Below, piece after piece: positions 24,962-34,625 of a DNA stretch of 64,000 nt. Source of the stretch: Raillietiella orientalis (taxonomy: Eukaryota); assembly GCA_036172245.1 (NCBI GenBank), contig JAYWIR010000011.1:2356001-2420000 (forward strand), in the 5' to 3' direction. Position numbers and translations under genes: made by a program. The notes beneath the pieces were generated by a model. It ran no database searches and was not told the origin of the DNA. It worked only from the letters and a program-made list of their open reading frames with translations. Position 1 is the stretch's first letter. Each line of letters starts with the position of its first letter.

Positions 24962-26086
24962 GGATGAAACAATATTTTCCGAGCGAAAACTCATTCTGCA
25001 TAACATTCTACTGAAATGCACCATGAAGAAAAAAACAATTACAGAATTATGGTACCACAGACGAAGGCTTTACAAAATCTCCACTTCGATTCATCAAGAT
25101 TTACATGAATAGAATTTCTGTTTCTTAATGTTTCTTTCTTTCCTATCATATTCATGATACCAACATGAATTAAGCAACTGCATGAAATATTATGGTTACA
25201 AAACACAATCATTTAATTTAAAAAAGGAATGGCAAACATTTGGCGAAAACCCTTTCAATGTTTGAATCTGAAATCTGAACAAATTTGGCTGACAGCAACA
25301 AGGATCAAAAGTCAACTGGAATTGAAAATCACAATAAACTGTGAATTTCGGCTAAAAACGCAGTGTGTTTACGTAAAACAACATTCCCTAGCAAATTTAA
25401 AAAACAGACTGATGTAAGGTCTGATAATGCAAAACAGAACAGAAACAAAAAAATGCAAAGTATCAAATAATTGCTAGAAAAAAGTTAATGAATAAAGCAT
25501 AAAGTAACAGCAGTAAACTATAGGTCAGAAAGAAATGCTACATTTCGTACACACAAAACTTGTAAGGCAACAAACTGGAAAAACAATACACATTAAGAAA
25601 TAACCTCCACGACCCCTTCTCTTGGTTATGATGGACTCACATGGAAAGTAACAAAATAAAACCTTCACAAAACTGATTTCAATCACATAAATAGGAATAT
25701 CCAATTAAAATGATTATAACATTGCAATAACATCGGATACTGAACTGTCCACGGGTATACCATAATCGTTCAATAAAATAGGACTCCATGTAACCACTTG
25801 AAATATGTTACGTTCGTTTAAAATAATCTTTATTTTTTTTCAATTCTTTATTTATTACCCTGATACAGAAAGAACTATAAAACTTTGACATGCATTCACG
25901 TTTATGAAGGCACATTAAACGTTTACCATCTATGTGGGACTTCTCCAATTTCAATGCTTCTTGCAATCTCCCAATTAGAACGGCTTTTATTCCTTTGACG
26001 TCTAATCCACGTTTCTGAAGTTCACTTTTTAATTTTACAACAGTTAATTTGCTTAAACTTTCACTGTCATATGATAACTCACTCAT
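13870..26086 (-). CDS. HNRNPUL1: hnRNP U / hnRNP U-like protein (SAF-A family), 15 coding exons, ~912 aa
   Basis: Fifteen GT-AG-bounded exons join in one frame (2739 nt including TGA). SAP domain ([35 protein letters not shown]), SPRY ([11 protein letters not shown]...[37 protein letters not shown]), P-loop ([13 protein letters not shown]), [13 protein letters not shown] and [14 protein letters not shown] are all typical of the hnRNP U/UL1 family. The U vs UL1 label is only approximate for an invertebrate. Confidence 0.93.
14005..14102 (-). CDS. HNRNPUL1: hnRNP U-like exon 14
   Basis: [33 protein letters not shown]; ttgttag acceptor, gtgagt donor. Confidence 0.72.
14140..14239 (-). CDS. HNRNPUL1: hnRNP U-like exon 13 (NAGNAG acceptor; alternative start 14242)
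   Basis: [33 protein letters not shown]; gtcagcag acceptor, gtaaag donor. Confidence 0.75.
14281..14447 (-). CDS. HNRNPUL1: hnRNP U-like exon 12 (low-complexity tail)
   Basis: [14 protein letters not shown]...HNRERY; ttctgaag acceptor, gtaagg donor; phases consistent. Confidence 0.8.
14520..14696 (-). CDS. HNRNPUL1: hnRNP U-like exon 11
   Basis: [35 protein letters not shown]...; tttgcag acceptor, gtagag donor. Confidence 0.9.
14738..15035 (-). CDS. HNRNPUL1: hnRNP U-like exon 10 (NTPase core)
   Basis: [18 protein letters not shown]...[20 protein letters not shown]...[15 protein letters not shown]; aatcag acceptor, gtttgt donor. Confidence 0.93.
15087..15209 (-). CDS. HNRNPUL1: hnRNP U-like exon 9 (Walker A)
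   Basis: [41 protein letters not shown]; ctgtag acceptor, gtaaat donor. Confidence 0.93.
15261..15530 (-). CDS. HNRNPUL1: hnRNP U-like exon 8 (SPRY end)
   Basis: [24 protein letters not shown]...[17 protein letters not shown]...[15 protein letters not shown]; ctgtag acceptor, gtgagt donor. Confidence 0.92.
15575..15687 (-). CDS. HNRNPUL1: hnRNP U-like exon 7 (SPRY)
   Basis: [38 protein letters not shown]; cccaaag acceptor, gtgact donor. Confidence 0.92.
16102..16198 (-). CDS. HNRNPUL1: hnRNP U-like exon 6 (SPRY)
   Basis: [32 protein letters not shown]; gcgtag acceptor, gtaatt donor. Confidence 0.92.
16302..16444 (-). CDS. HNRNPUL1: hnRNP U-like exon 5 (SPRY start)
   Basis: [48 protein letters not shown]; ttcaag acceptor, gtattc donor. 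Confidence 0.92.
16753..16820 (-). CDS. HNRNPUL1: hnRNP U-like exon 4
   Basis: Acceptor ctcccccag; [22 protein letters not shown]; donor T|gtacgt. Confidence 0.85.
17066..17145 (-). CDS. HNRNPUL1: hnRNP U-like exon 3 (NLS-like LKRKREE)
   Basis: Acceptor acttcag; [26 protein letters not shown]; donor AG|gtttga; phases match both neighbours. Confidence 0.78.
20333..20375. repeat. (TG)n microsatellite
   Basis: Interrupted TG run in hnRNP U-like intron 2. Confidence 0.85.
23848..24608 (-). CDS. HNRNPUL1: hnRNP U-like exon 2 (acidic linker)
   Basis: Acceptor tactttcag, phase 1; 761-nt open D/E-rich frame; donor GAG|gttagc. Confidence 0.8.
25927..26086 (-). CDS. HNRNPUL1: hnRNP U-like coding exon 1 (SAP domain)
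   Basis: AAAATG start at 26086; [32 protein letters not shown]...; donor G|gtaaac, phase 1. Confidence 0.88.
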
Positions 26087-27551
26087 TTTTGTATACGCAC
26101 TAAAGCTATACAATATTACACAACTCCGAAAAACATTATGGCGTCGACATTTTTCATGCAATTTCAATTCCGTACATGCATGAGCAATTTATCGTAGCGG
26201 TATAAAATCTCATGTTTATGCAATTCTAACTGCGTATCTGACAAAAATTCAAGATTTAAAAAAAAACTGAAATTCTTGATGAATGCACATTACAGTAAAT
26301 ATGAGAATTGTGGGTGCATTACAAATTTTGTGGATTACCAGAACAATTCATCCCGAGAAAGCACGAGTAAGAGAAGGGCGCTCGCAGGCTGAAAATCATT
26401 TCACCCCGATTGCCCACGTAAAGATCACCACAAAGGCAAAATAATTATGACCGTAGCGACCTGTTTGTTGCTAAAATGAACTTTATGTACCATTTTACAC
26501 AATCCATGCACATCACACAAACCGAAGCTGAAAATTGAAAATCCCCGACGTCCGCAAGATCTTCGAAAACAACCGTTTGTACTTAAATGCTCGCAAACGA
26601 AAACAAAAAGCTTTCAGTACGGAAAATCTTCCGGGTGAGGATAATGATTTCTATTGTCGCGTAGGGTACGCATGCAATTTCATTTCGCGTTCCTACCTAC
26701 GCGTTCTTTCGTGTGCAGCCCACAGAGCTGCCAACCCTCAGACACACTTAAGGTGTGTTATTCGACTTGCACCACGATTTTCATCCGTGGCTCGGTTTCC
26801 AAACTTAGTGAGCACACGATTTCACGTTCGATTATGGACAGTCTAATTTTCCGACCGAGTACATGAAATAAAATGCATAGATGGCTGTTTATTTACAAAC
26901 AAAAATGCAGTGGAAATAAGTAGAATGGCTTAGCACAATGCTCGATCACGTTTTTATATATTGTTCAAATTAAAAATTCTCTTTCGCTTTGAAATGAACA
27001 AGCATGTGAAAAATGAACACAATAACACAAGAACATAAAAATGATCTTTTTTTAAATCAAGAAACAAATTTGAAATAAATGATGGTGTATTTAAAATAAC
27101 ATTTGTATTTTAAATTACTAATAACTCTTCAGCTGCTTTTTCTTCATGCATATAGTAAAAACAACAGCTGCAATGTTCATATTAGCTTTTTAAACAAGCA
27201 TACTTCAAGATTTTATAATGAAAGAAGCACACTCAAAGTAAGTTATGTATGTGTGTGTGTGTTTTTTAAGGCTGTCTATTTTGGAAGACTCGTTATCTTC
27301 CTTAAACTGGTTAAATTTCACTGCAGAATATTTATTGTTTTGCAAACAAAAATTGCAGTAAAATTGCAGAATATTTTGTGTTTGTGAGAGTACTCGGAAG
27401 CTCAAAAAATCGAAGAAAATCTGATTAACATGAAAGAAAGTGTTAATCATTAAAAGATTTATAGCAAGAGTGTTTATGATAAAGAATCAGTCTATTCAAA
27501 GAAATGTAATATGATTGAGAAATAAATTGTCACCCGTTAGCATACTTGCTC

Positions 27552-28132
27552 TTAGAAATTACGGAAAACGTTCTTGATAAGGGAAAGCCTTTCGAGTCCT
27601 TTTCGAAAGTGAGACTCAAGAAAACTTATTGAAGTATATGCGGAACTTAGTGAAATGAGTAAATGTGCCTGAAACGACACAGAATAGCTCATATTCCCTT
27701 TCTGGACTCACAGATACACTCATTTCAGGAAGAAGAGCCGGATGTGATTTAAAAGCTCATTTCAGTCTTTCAAATGCCACATTTATACCCCATTATTATT
27801 CCCTTGAAAGAATAAATTTATTTCTTTCCAATGCATTAGGAGATACCAACAGTGAAATATATGAATGTTTAAATGGGTTTTCATTAACTCTAGGAGTTCA
27901 TCTTTACTCCATCTTCGGTCTCTTTTGACCGGTCGTAGAGTAAGTAGGTGAAGAACCACACATGCTTCGGCTATTTCCTTCAAGGAAATTTCAACTGGAT
28001 TTGTACTCGTGTTGTAGCTGCGGATGTTACAAAGAATATCCAAATGTTTGCTGCTTTTAGCTGGGAACTGTTCCCAAGTACTCCAACTTCTGTATTCGTT
28101 CGAAACCAGAAAATTATTTGATCCTCTTTTCC
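27552..28132 (-). other. Candidate orphan gene or pseudogene fragment
   Basis: Open frame ...SLKEIAEACVVLHLLTLRPVKRDRRWSKDELLELMKTHL... and a canonical 43-nt gtgagt...tttcag intron-like segment (27669-27711); in-frame stops lie between them. Confidence 0.22.
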
Positions 28133-29095
28133 TAGTGTCAGAGATTGGAAAAAGTGTACATAAAAAGGTTCAAGTTGCTCCTGAGGTAAGAGTAATGTGA
28201 AGAAGACCTGCGTACTAAAAAGGCAGTGACCAAGGCTCATATGTATACTTCTTTGTACGATTCCATCAGGCATTAGAGAACACGGACCGATAAAGTTGTT
28301 TGTTCAACACGTTTGTGGTGAGAAAGTGCAGTCGTTTCAAGCTCTGAGAGCTTGCAAAAAAGCCAAAGAAAAAAAACGCACACACACAACTTTCTTGTTG
28401 TTGTCGAAGAACTGCGTTTATTCTTTTCCTCTCTTAAAATCAAAATAAATAACACGCATGAGATGGAGAGGACAGGCAATTCAAGGGATGCCAACTCTTA
28501 CCCGGCTCGGATCGAACAGCCGACCTCCTTTTGGATGATTCGAGTCGTCCTCCTTGCAGTGTTTAAAATTACTACGCGGTCCTTGGATAAACAGTGGCCT
28601 AAACGACAGTGCGGATCAGAGGGAAGCATGGAGGAGCTCCAGGGAGGGCAGGCCCGGTCTCTCGTCGAGTGGCATTTTCGTGCCTGAGGGAAGAAGGAGC
28701 TGCGCCCAATCCCGGGATGAAGGGAGGAAGAGGGGAAAGCCATGCTGTGGCTTCGCTCCGCTGGACTTCCTCCTTCCCAAATCTTCCTCGAAGGCCCTGG
28801 AAGCTCCTCTCCTTTCCTTTCAGCCCTCCTGCCTCTTTCTCCTCTGCTGACGGCAGTCCTCGAAGGAGCTCAGACTTGCGGGACAACGGGAGCTTTCCAG
28901 AGAGCGCCGGGACCTGGTCTCTCGAGGCAGCCAGGAAGATGCCTGTAACCCGCCTTCCCGAGTGCCTGGCACGCGCCGTTCCTTTGCGGTTCCTCCCTCC
29001 ACGACGCGCAATGAGGCGAGGGGACGACCAAGACCGGAGACTTGGGCCCTTGCCGCAGGAAGGCCGGGGGGTCGCAGGGGACCGCGAGACCGAGG

Positions 29096-29175
29096 GTTGC
29101 CGTGGCAACGGAGCCATCTTCGCGGCCCCCTGGCAGGGCGGGCGAGGGAGAGGAATCGACGGTCTTGCGCATGCG
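29096..29175. promoter_or_regulatory. Promoter-like motif cluster: RFX X-box, YY1, NRF1
   Basis: GTTGCCGTGGCAAC (29096-29109), GCCATCTT (29113-29120), TGCGCATGCG (29166-29175); a second YY1/NRF1-like pair at ~29729-29757. Confidence 0.45.
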
Positions 29176-32100
29176 AAAGACCGGGAGGTCCTTCGCCAGC
29201 GGCACCTGACGCGACGAAGACCGGCGGGCGATGCCCGAGTCTCCTTCCTGGGGCGGCAGCCGAGGTCAAAAGGGCAGGGATGAGGAGGTGTAGCGGGAGA
29301 GAGAATCTGTGGAGTAGGGGATGAGACCACATCCAGCTCCAGTAGGTCCGCCCGAGCGCCGCGCTCTCCTCCCGATACTTGGAGGGAAATGGGGAAGAGT
29401 TCGCGGCGGGTCCGGCCGGCGGCAGCTGAGGCACTGCGGTGGGGGGTGGAGGAACAAAATGCCGACTTGCTCCCCCTCCCTCCTTCCCACCGGGGGACTG
29501 GCGACGGCCGTCCTGCTCCACGTGGCCCGTGAGCGGGGACGAAGAGGATCGTCGCCACCGGAGCGCGCGCAGAGGAGAAACCGGCGGCGTTGGCACGTGC
29601 GATCTGCGCCGGGGCGAAGCCATTTCGACGCTTCCCCCTCCTTCCCACCCCATTCTCCTCTCCCCCTGACTCCATCGCACGAAGGAGCGCGGAAGCAGTC
29701 TGCCGCCTGCAGCCGCCCCGCGGGCGCAGCCATCTTGTCGCGCGAGCGCACATGCGCGTCGACGCGGCCTTTGAGCGCGTTCGCTCGTGCTCTCGTGCGA
29801 GGGAGAATTTGGGGTTAGACGTCAAATAGGGTCAAGGTGAGATGGGACAGTCTGTCCTCTTTTCCCGTTCCCCTCTCCCCCCCCCCTTTTTCTTCTTTCC
29901 GGCCCACCCATTGGTAGGAAGGAAAGGAAGAAACCTCGGTCAACGGATATATAATAGCGGGGTATATAACAACGCCAACTCGCACATCCACGTCCCGCAG
30001 ATGCTTTCGCGTGACCTCAGCCTCCCACGTTCAGTTCCTGTGCACCGCCGCGAGCGTGCGCGCACAAAAGACAACGGAAAAAAGACAGAAAAAGAGCGCG
30101 CGTTTGTGCGTCGCTGTCGCGCAGTCCCGTCGCCATTTTCTCGCACCCGAAAAAGCTACGGTCGAGCGTAGCGCCGCCGGCGGTCGTCGAGCGGCGGGGA
30201 GCTGCTCCTGCCATCTGGAGGCCGCGTCGAGAAGTCAGGCGCACTGCGTATCGAGCGGCAGTGCGCCTGACCCGTGCGCACTCGGTGAACCGCCCCGTCC
30301 TGCGAACGGAAGCTCTTCACATGCTTCCCCCCCCACTCTTTACGGAGGCCCACCGACGTCTGGCGCACCCACGCTCTCCCCTTCCCCAGTAATCTCGCAC
30401 TTCGAGAGAGGCCCTACGGGAAATAACAGCCTCGTTCCTCACGTCCCGGACGAAACCCCGAGCTCATGAGGATAGAGCGACAGGCTACCAGGGAACTGGG
30501 GAGGTGCTCCAACAGGCTGCGAAGGGCGGAGGGAGCGGCCGCCTCGAGCGCACGGTTCCCGAAAATCAAGCACCAGAAAAGTGTGACGAGGAGGAGGATT
30601 TCACTGCACGGGGGCACTCTGCACAGAGCAGCGGCGTCATCTCCGCAGGGGCAGCAAGGGGCCCCGACTATGTCTCCCTCTCCTCTGCAGCTCGCCCGGA
30701 CGGGCTTCACAGGACACATCACGCGCGCACACTTCCGGCAAGCGTGCCCACTGCCTTTCCGGATGGCCTACGTTGTGCGACCGGTCGCCGTCGTCGCCCT
30801 TTGGGGGCGCACAGCGCTGCCATCGCGCGTCCGCCCAAAGCGGCTCCTTCGTTTCGCTCGCGGCCCCTAGGGGCGGAGGCGCCACTTGCGTGCCGTGCGC
30901 CTTTGGAAGGCGCGAAAAGGGGACGCGATTTTCGGCGAGGGACCGGCGCGACCGAGGCCTGCAAGACGGATACCCGGGCGGGGAAGCAGGAGGAGGATAT
31001 TCCGTGCGGTGCAGAGGTTTTTTCCGTCGCGTTTGCAGGGACCCCTTCCGGACCGCGGCGTCCTCCGAAGCGTCCGCACCCCTCTGGACAGGGTACACGC
31101 GCCAGGGGCACGGTGGCCGCCCCTCCCTCTTCGCACGAATCCCCGACTGAGACCGATTCCTGCGGGAGGTCCCGCTGGAAGCGCGCGGAAACTCCTGGAG
31201 GCGGCGACGCGCGCGATCACCTCCTACCCCTGTCTTGAGGACCGGCGTCCCCAAAGCAGGGGACGGGGGCTTCGTCCTAGCGTGTCCTCTGGAGCTGCAC
31301 GCGTCGCTGCTCCCGCCCGCCTTCCTAGGAACGGTTGTTTACGCGCGGGGTCGGGCGAGCGGAGAAAATGGCTCCTTGGCGGGCGGAAGTCGAACGTGTC
31401 CGACAAGCGCCTCCCCTCGCGGGCTTTCGCGTCAATTAAGGCGAGGAGTGGGCGGTCTGCAGTTCCGGCGTCAGCCGTCTCGGAGGAGGATGGGAGGTTC
31501 GCGCGACTGCCCCCTGGGCGTCTCCGTTCGGGGGGGGGGGAGGCGTCAGTGGCCCGTGCCGGCCGGGAGGCGGAATGCTGCTCCTCCCTCTTCCCTCCCT
31601 TGCGTGCCCCCAGGGAGCTGCGACCGCGACCGCGTGGACGCCAGCGCGCTCTCCCGGGAACGAACCGTAGGGGCCCGTAGGAGCGGGCTGGAACTCGTGG
31701 CCCGTGAACTTACACCGTTTCCCCGGCGCGTACATAGGGACTTTCTGGAGGAAAAAAATTCCGGGAGATTTTTTCCTTTTCTTTTGTTTGTTCCCGCCCC
31801 GGGAAAGCCGTGTCGCTTGCCGGCGGGTGCCTCGAAAAGAGAGGGCGGAGGTGGGTGAGGGCGCCACCCCACTTTGGCGGTGACGACGCGAGAAAACGCT
31901 TACGTCACAACGGCGGAGGCGAGAGCGGCCGGACCCTCTCGCGGGGCAGTCGCGCACGATCACGCGGTGCGTACGGGTGTGAAGGGGAGGGGGAGGCGCA
32001 GCAAGCGTGTGGCCCCGTTTCCCCCCTATTCTTCCTCGTCCTTGAGGGGGCCGCGGCGTCACGTGACTCTCCCGAGCAAAAGCGCGCACGTTCCCCGCTT

Positions 32101-34157
32101 TCCGCCAGGCGGCAGCAGCGGTTGCCGCCGGCGCGCGGCACCGCGCATGGGGGAGGGGGCCCGAGCGTCGTTTTCGTCCCCGGCCGGTCGCGCCACGACG
32201 CGCGCACGGGCGTCCTTCCGAAGGGAAAGTTACGTTGCGTGGAAGGGACCGTTCCCGGACGAAGAAGGGTAGCGGCAGCCCTCGCTAGGCGGCAGCGGCG
32301 GCGGCGGCGCGCGCATCTGCTGCTCGGCAGCGTGGGAAAAAGCGACGCCCTTTCCTGACCGGTGCAGCGCAGAGCTCACCTTGGCCGAAGCTGCTTCCTT
32401 CCTTTCTTCCCCCTCCGTCGGGACGCGCTTCAGCGACCAGGAAATCGACAACAGGAGGGAAAGCGAAAGGAGGCCCCTCCTCCGGGAGCCCCGGCGCAAA
32501 CGTCCGCCGGGCGCGCTCGTCGCCTGCGGATGCGCGCTCGCTCAGGAAGGTGCGCCGCAGTAGTGGCACCCCCTGCCCGGGGGAAGGCGACCCGGGGCAA
32601 TGGCTCGCACGCCCCCTTTCCTCGCTCCTCGCGAGCTGTTGCTGGTGCCATCTGTCCTTGTTGTCTGTCCTACCGTCCGCGGGCGACGGCACCTTCCGTC
32701 GCCCCGGAACCCGCACCCGCGCGCGATCTATGCGTCTCCCGGTTACTCCTGACAGGCACCAAAGGTAGGGTGCTCAAAATTAGGGAGAGGGGGGGGGGGA
32801 GGGAGAAAGAATACGCTTGCTCGCACGCGATCCCACGTGATCGCCATCTACCACGGCCATTACTCGGCGACGGGCGCGGGAGGCTCTCCCACGTCGGGCT
32901 GCGACAGGTGACGATCATCTTTCAAGGTCAGTCTCCAGGAGGAAGGCCGGGGACCAGAAGGCGCGGTGGCAGGGGGCAGAGCAGCTGGGGGCGGCGTACC
33001 GCTTCCCCTTCTGGACTAGGAGGAGTAAGAAGGGGACGTGCTCCCGGCGCTGCTTGGGGCGATTGCCGCTCCCGTGCGGCTCCTCAGCAACTTCCTGTTG
33101 CCCCTCTCCCCCCCTCTCCCCCCCCCCGATGGGAAAGGAGGAGGAAAGGGGAGGGGCGACAGGAGAACCGACCCCGAATACCTGCGCACTCCCCATGTGG
33201 GAGGAGGAGGCGCCTGCTCCGCGCATCCGCGGCGAGACCCTGCACTCCTCCCCTCTGCCGCTGGTCCCAGACCCTTTGGCCCTCTCCACCGAGGACGGCT
33301 GCCCAGGCGTGTACCCCCGTCGGGGGAGCGGGTCATCCGGGGCGAAAGAGCAAGGGGGGAGAAGGGAGTCCAGTGAGGGGAGGCTCAAGGGAGCCTCCTG
33401 GCAAGGTCACAAGAGGCCCTTGCCGAAGGGGAGCGCCGAGCGGAGTGAGGTGGTCCCCCCCACGCCGTCGACAGGGGCACCTGCTACATGGGGCCTGGCA
33501 ACAGCGCAGCGCGGTACCTCTCTCGGCGGCCTCCTCCTCCTCCTCCGCACTTTTCTTCGCTCCCACATCTCCTCCTACGTCCCCCTTCGCGGCTGTTGCC
33601 GCGAACGGGAGCTTCCGCTCTCCGCTCGCAGATGGAGCTGGCTGGCAGTTCGAGGAAAGCCGCGCTCCCTGTCTTCGTCAAAGGGGCGGATTCGGTGAGC
33701 GGCGGAGAGCAGCCTCCCCTCGCTGCTCCGCGAGATCTCCTCTCCCTCCCCACTTGGAAGGAAAGAGAAAGGGGGTGTTGGGGTGCCGGGGGCAGTCGGT
33801 GGGGCCGCTGCGAGAGCACACGCCCTGAGGGCTTACCCCCTAGCAGGAACGATCCCTTGGTGCGAGGACACCTCTGCCGGGAGAGGCCGTTCTCTCCCCC
33901 CCTCCCCGTCCCCCGGGGGAGACGAAGTTCTCCGAGGGACGGTGACTGGCGGGTGCTTCTATCGTCCTCTGCCTCCTCCTCCTGCGTCCCGGGGGACGCC
34001 TGGGGTTCCCCCCCCCTCCTTTCCCGTGCGCTCCCGCTTGCTCCTCAAAATGACAGCATAGCGAAATCCCGGTTTTAATCCCTCCCCTTCCCAGAAGGAA
34101 AGAGGAGGCGGGAGGGTGGGCTCGACGAGGCGAAAGGGTGGCATCCTCCCGCCGGAG

Positions 34158-34625
34158 TCAGAGAGACTTACTGCTCGGGGGATGCAGGGGGGCGTGGTAG
34201 GAGGGGAGGCAGGCCGCAGCGTGGATCTTGGAGCCGGGATCCATCATGACCTGCAGGGACAGGTCGCGCTCCTCTATCCGCAGCTTCACCAGCGCTTCCA
34301 GAGTGAACAGGTGGTCATCGTAGTCGTGGGGGAAGCTCTCGCGCATGAAGTCGGCCAGCCGGAGGAGGTACTCGACGTTGTGCCCGGACTGACCTCTGGA
34401 CAGCAGGATCTGGCGGACGAGGTCGTGGACCGGCGCGGGTCCGAGGTAGTCCTCGTTGTCCGTGGTGGCGATGTACACGTAGCAGGGGAAGGGATCGACA
34501 GATTCCCTCGGGGGATAAAAATCCGTGGTCAGCAGCTGGTACTTTCCGTTGGTCACTTCTCTTTGGTTGAGGTACCGCAGGCTCTCATCTTCGGTCAGCT
34601 CGTACGCCCGGCCCCAGGTTACCGC
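34158..34625 (-). CDS. CHAC1: ChaC exon 3 (terminal)
   Basis: ttcttgtag acceptor; TWGRAY, RE, YLGP, GHNVEYL motifs; TGA at 34158; ATTAAA at 34074-34079 downstream. Confidence 0.92.
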   Translation of the reverse strand, partial: AVTWGRAYELTEDESLRYLNQREVTNGKYQLLTTDFYPPRESVDPFPCYVYIATTDNEDYLGPAPVHDLVRQILLSRGQSGHNVEYLLRLADFMRESFPHDYDDHLFTLEALVKLRIEERDLSLQVMMDPGSKIHAAACLPSYHAPLHPPSSKSL

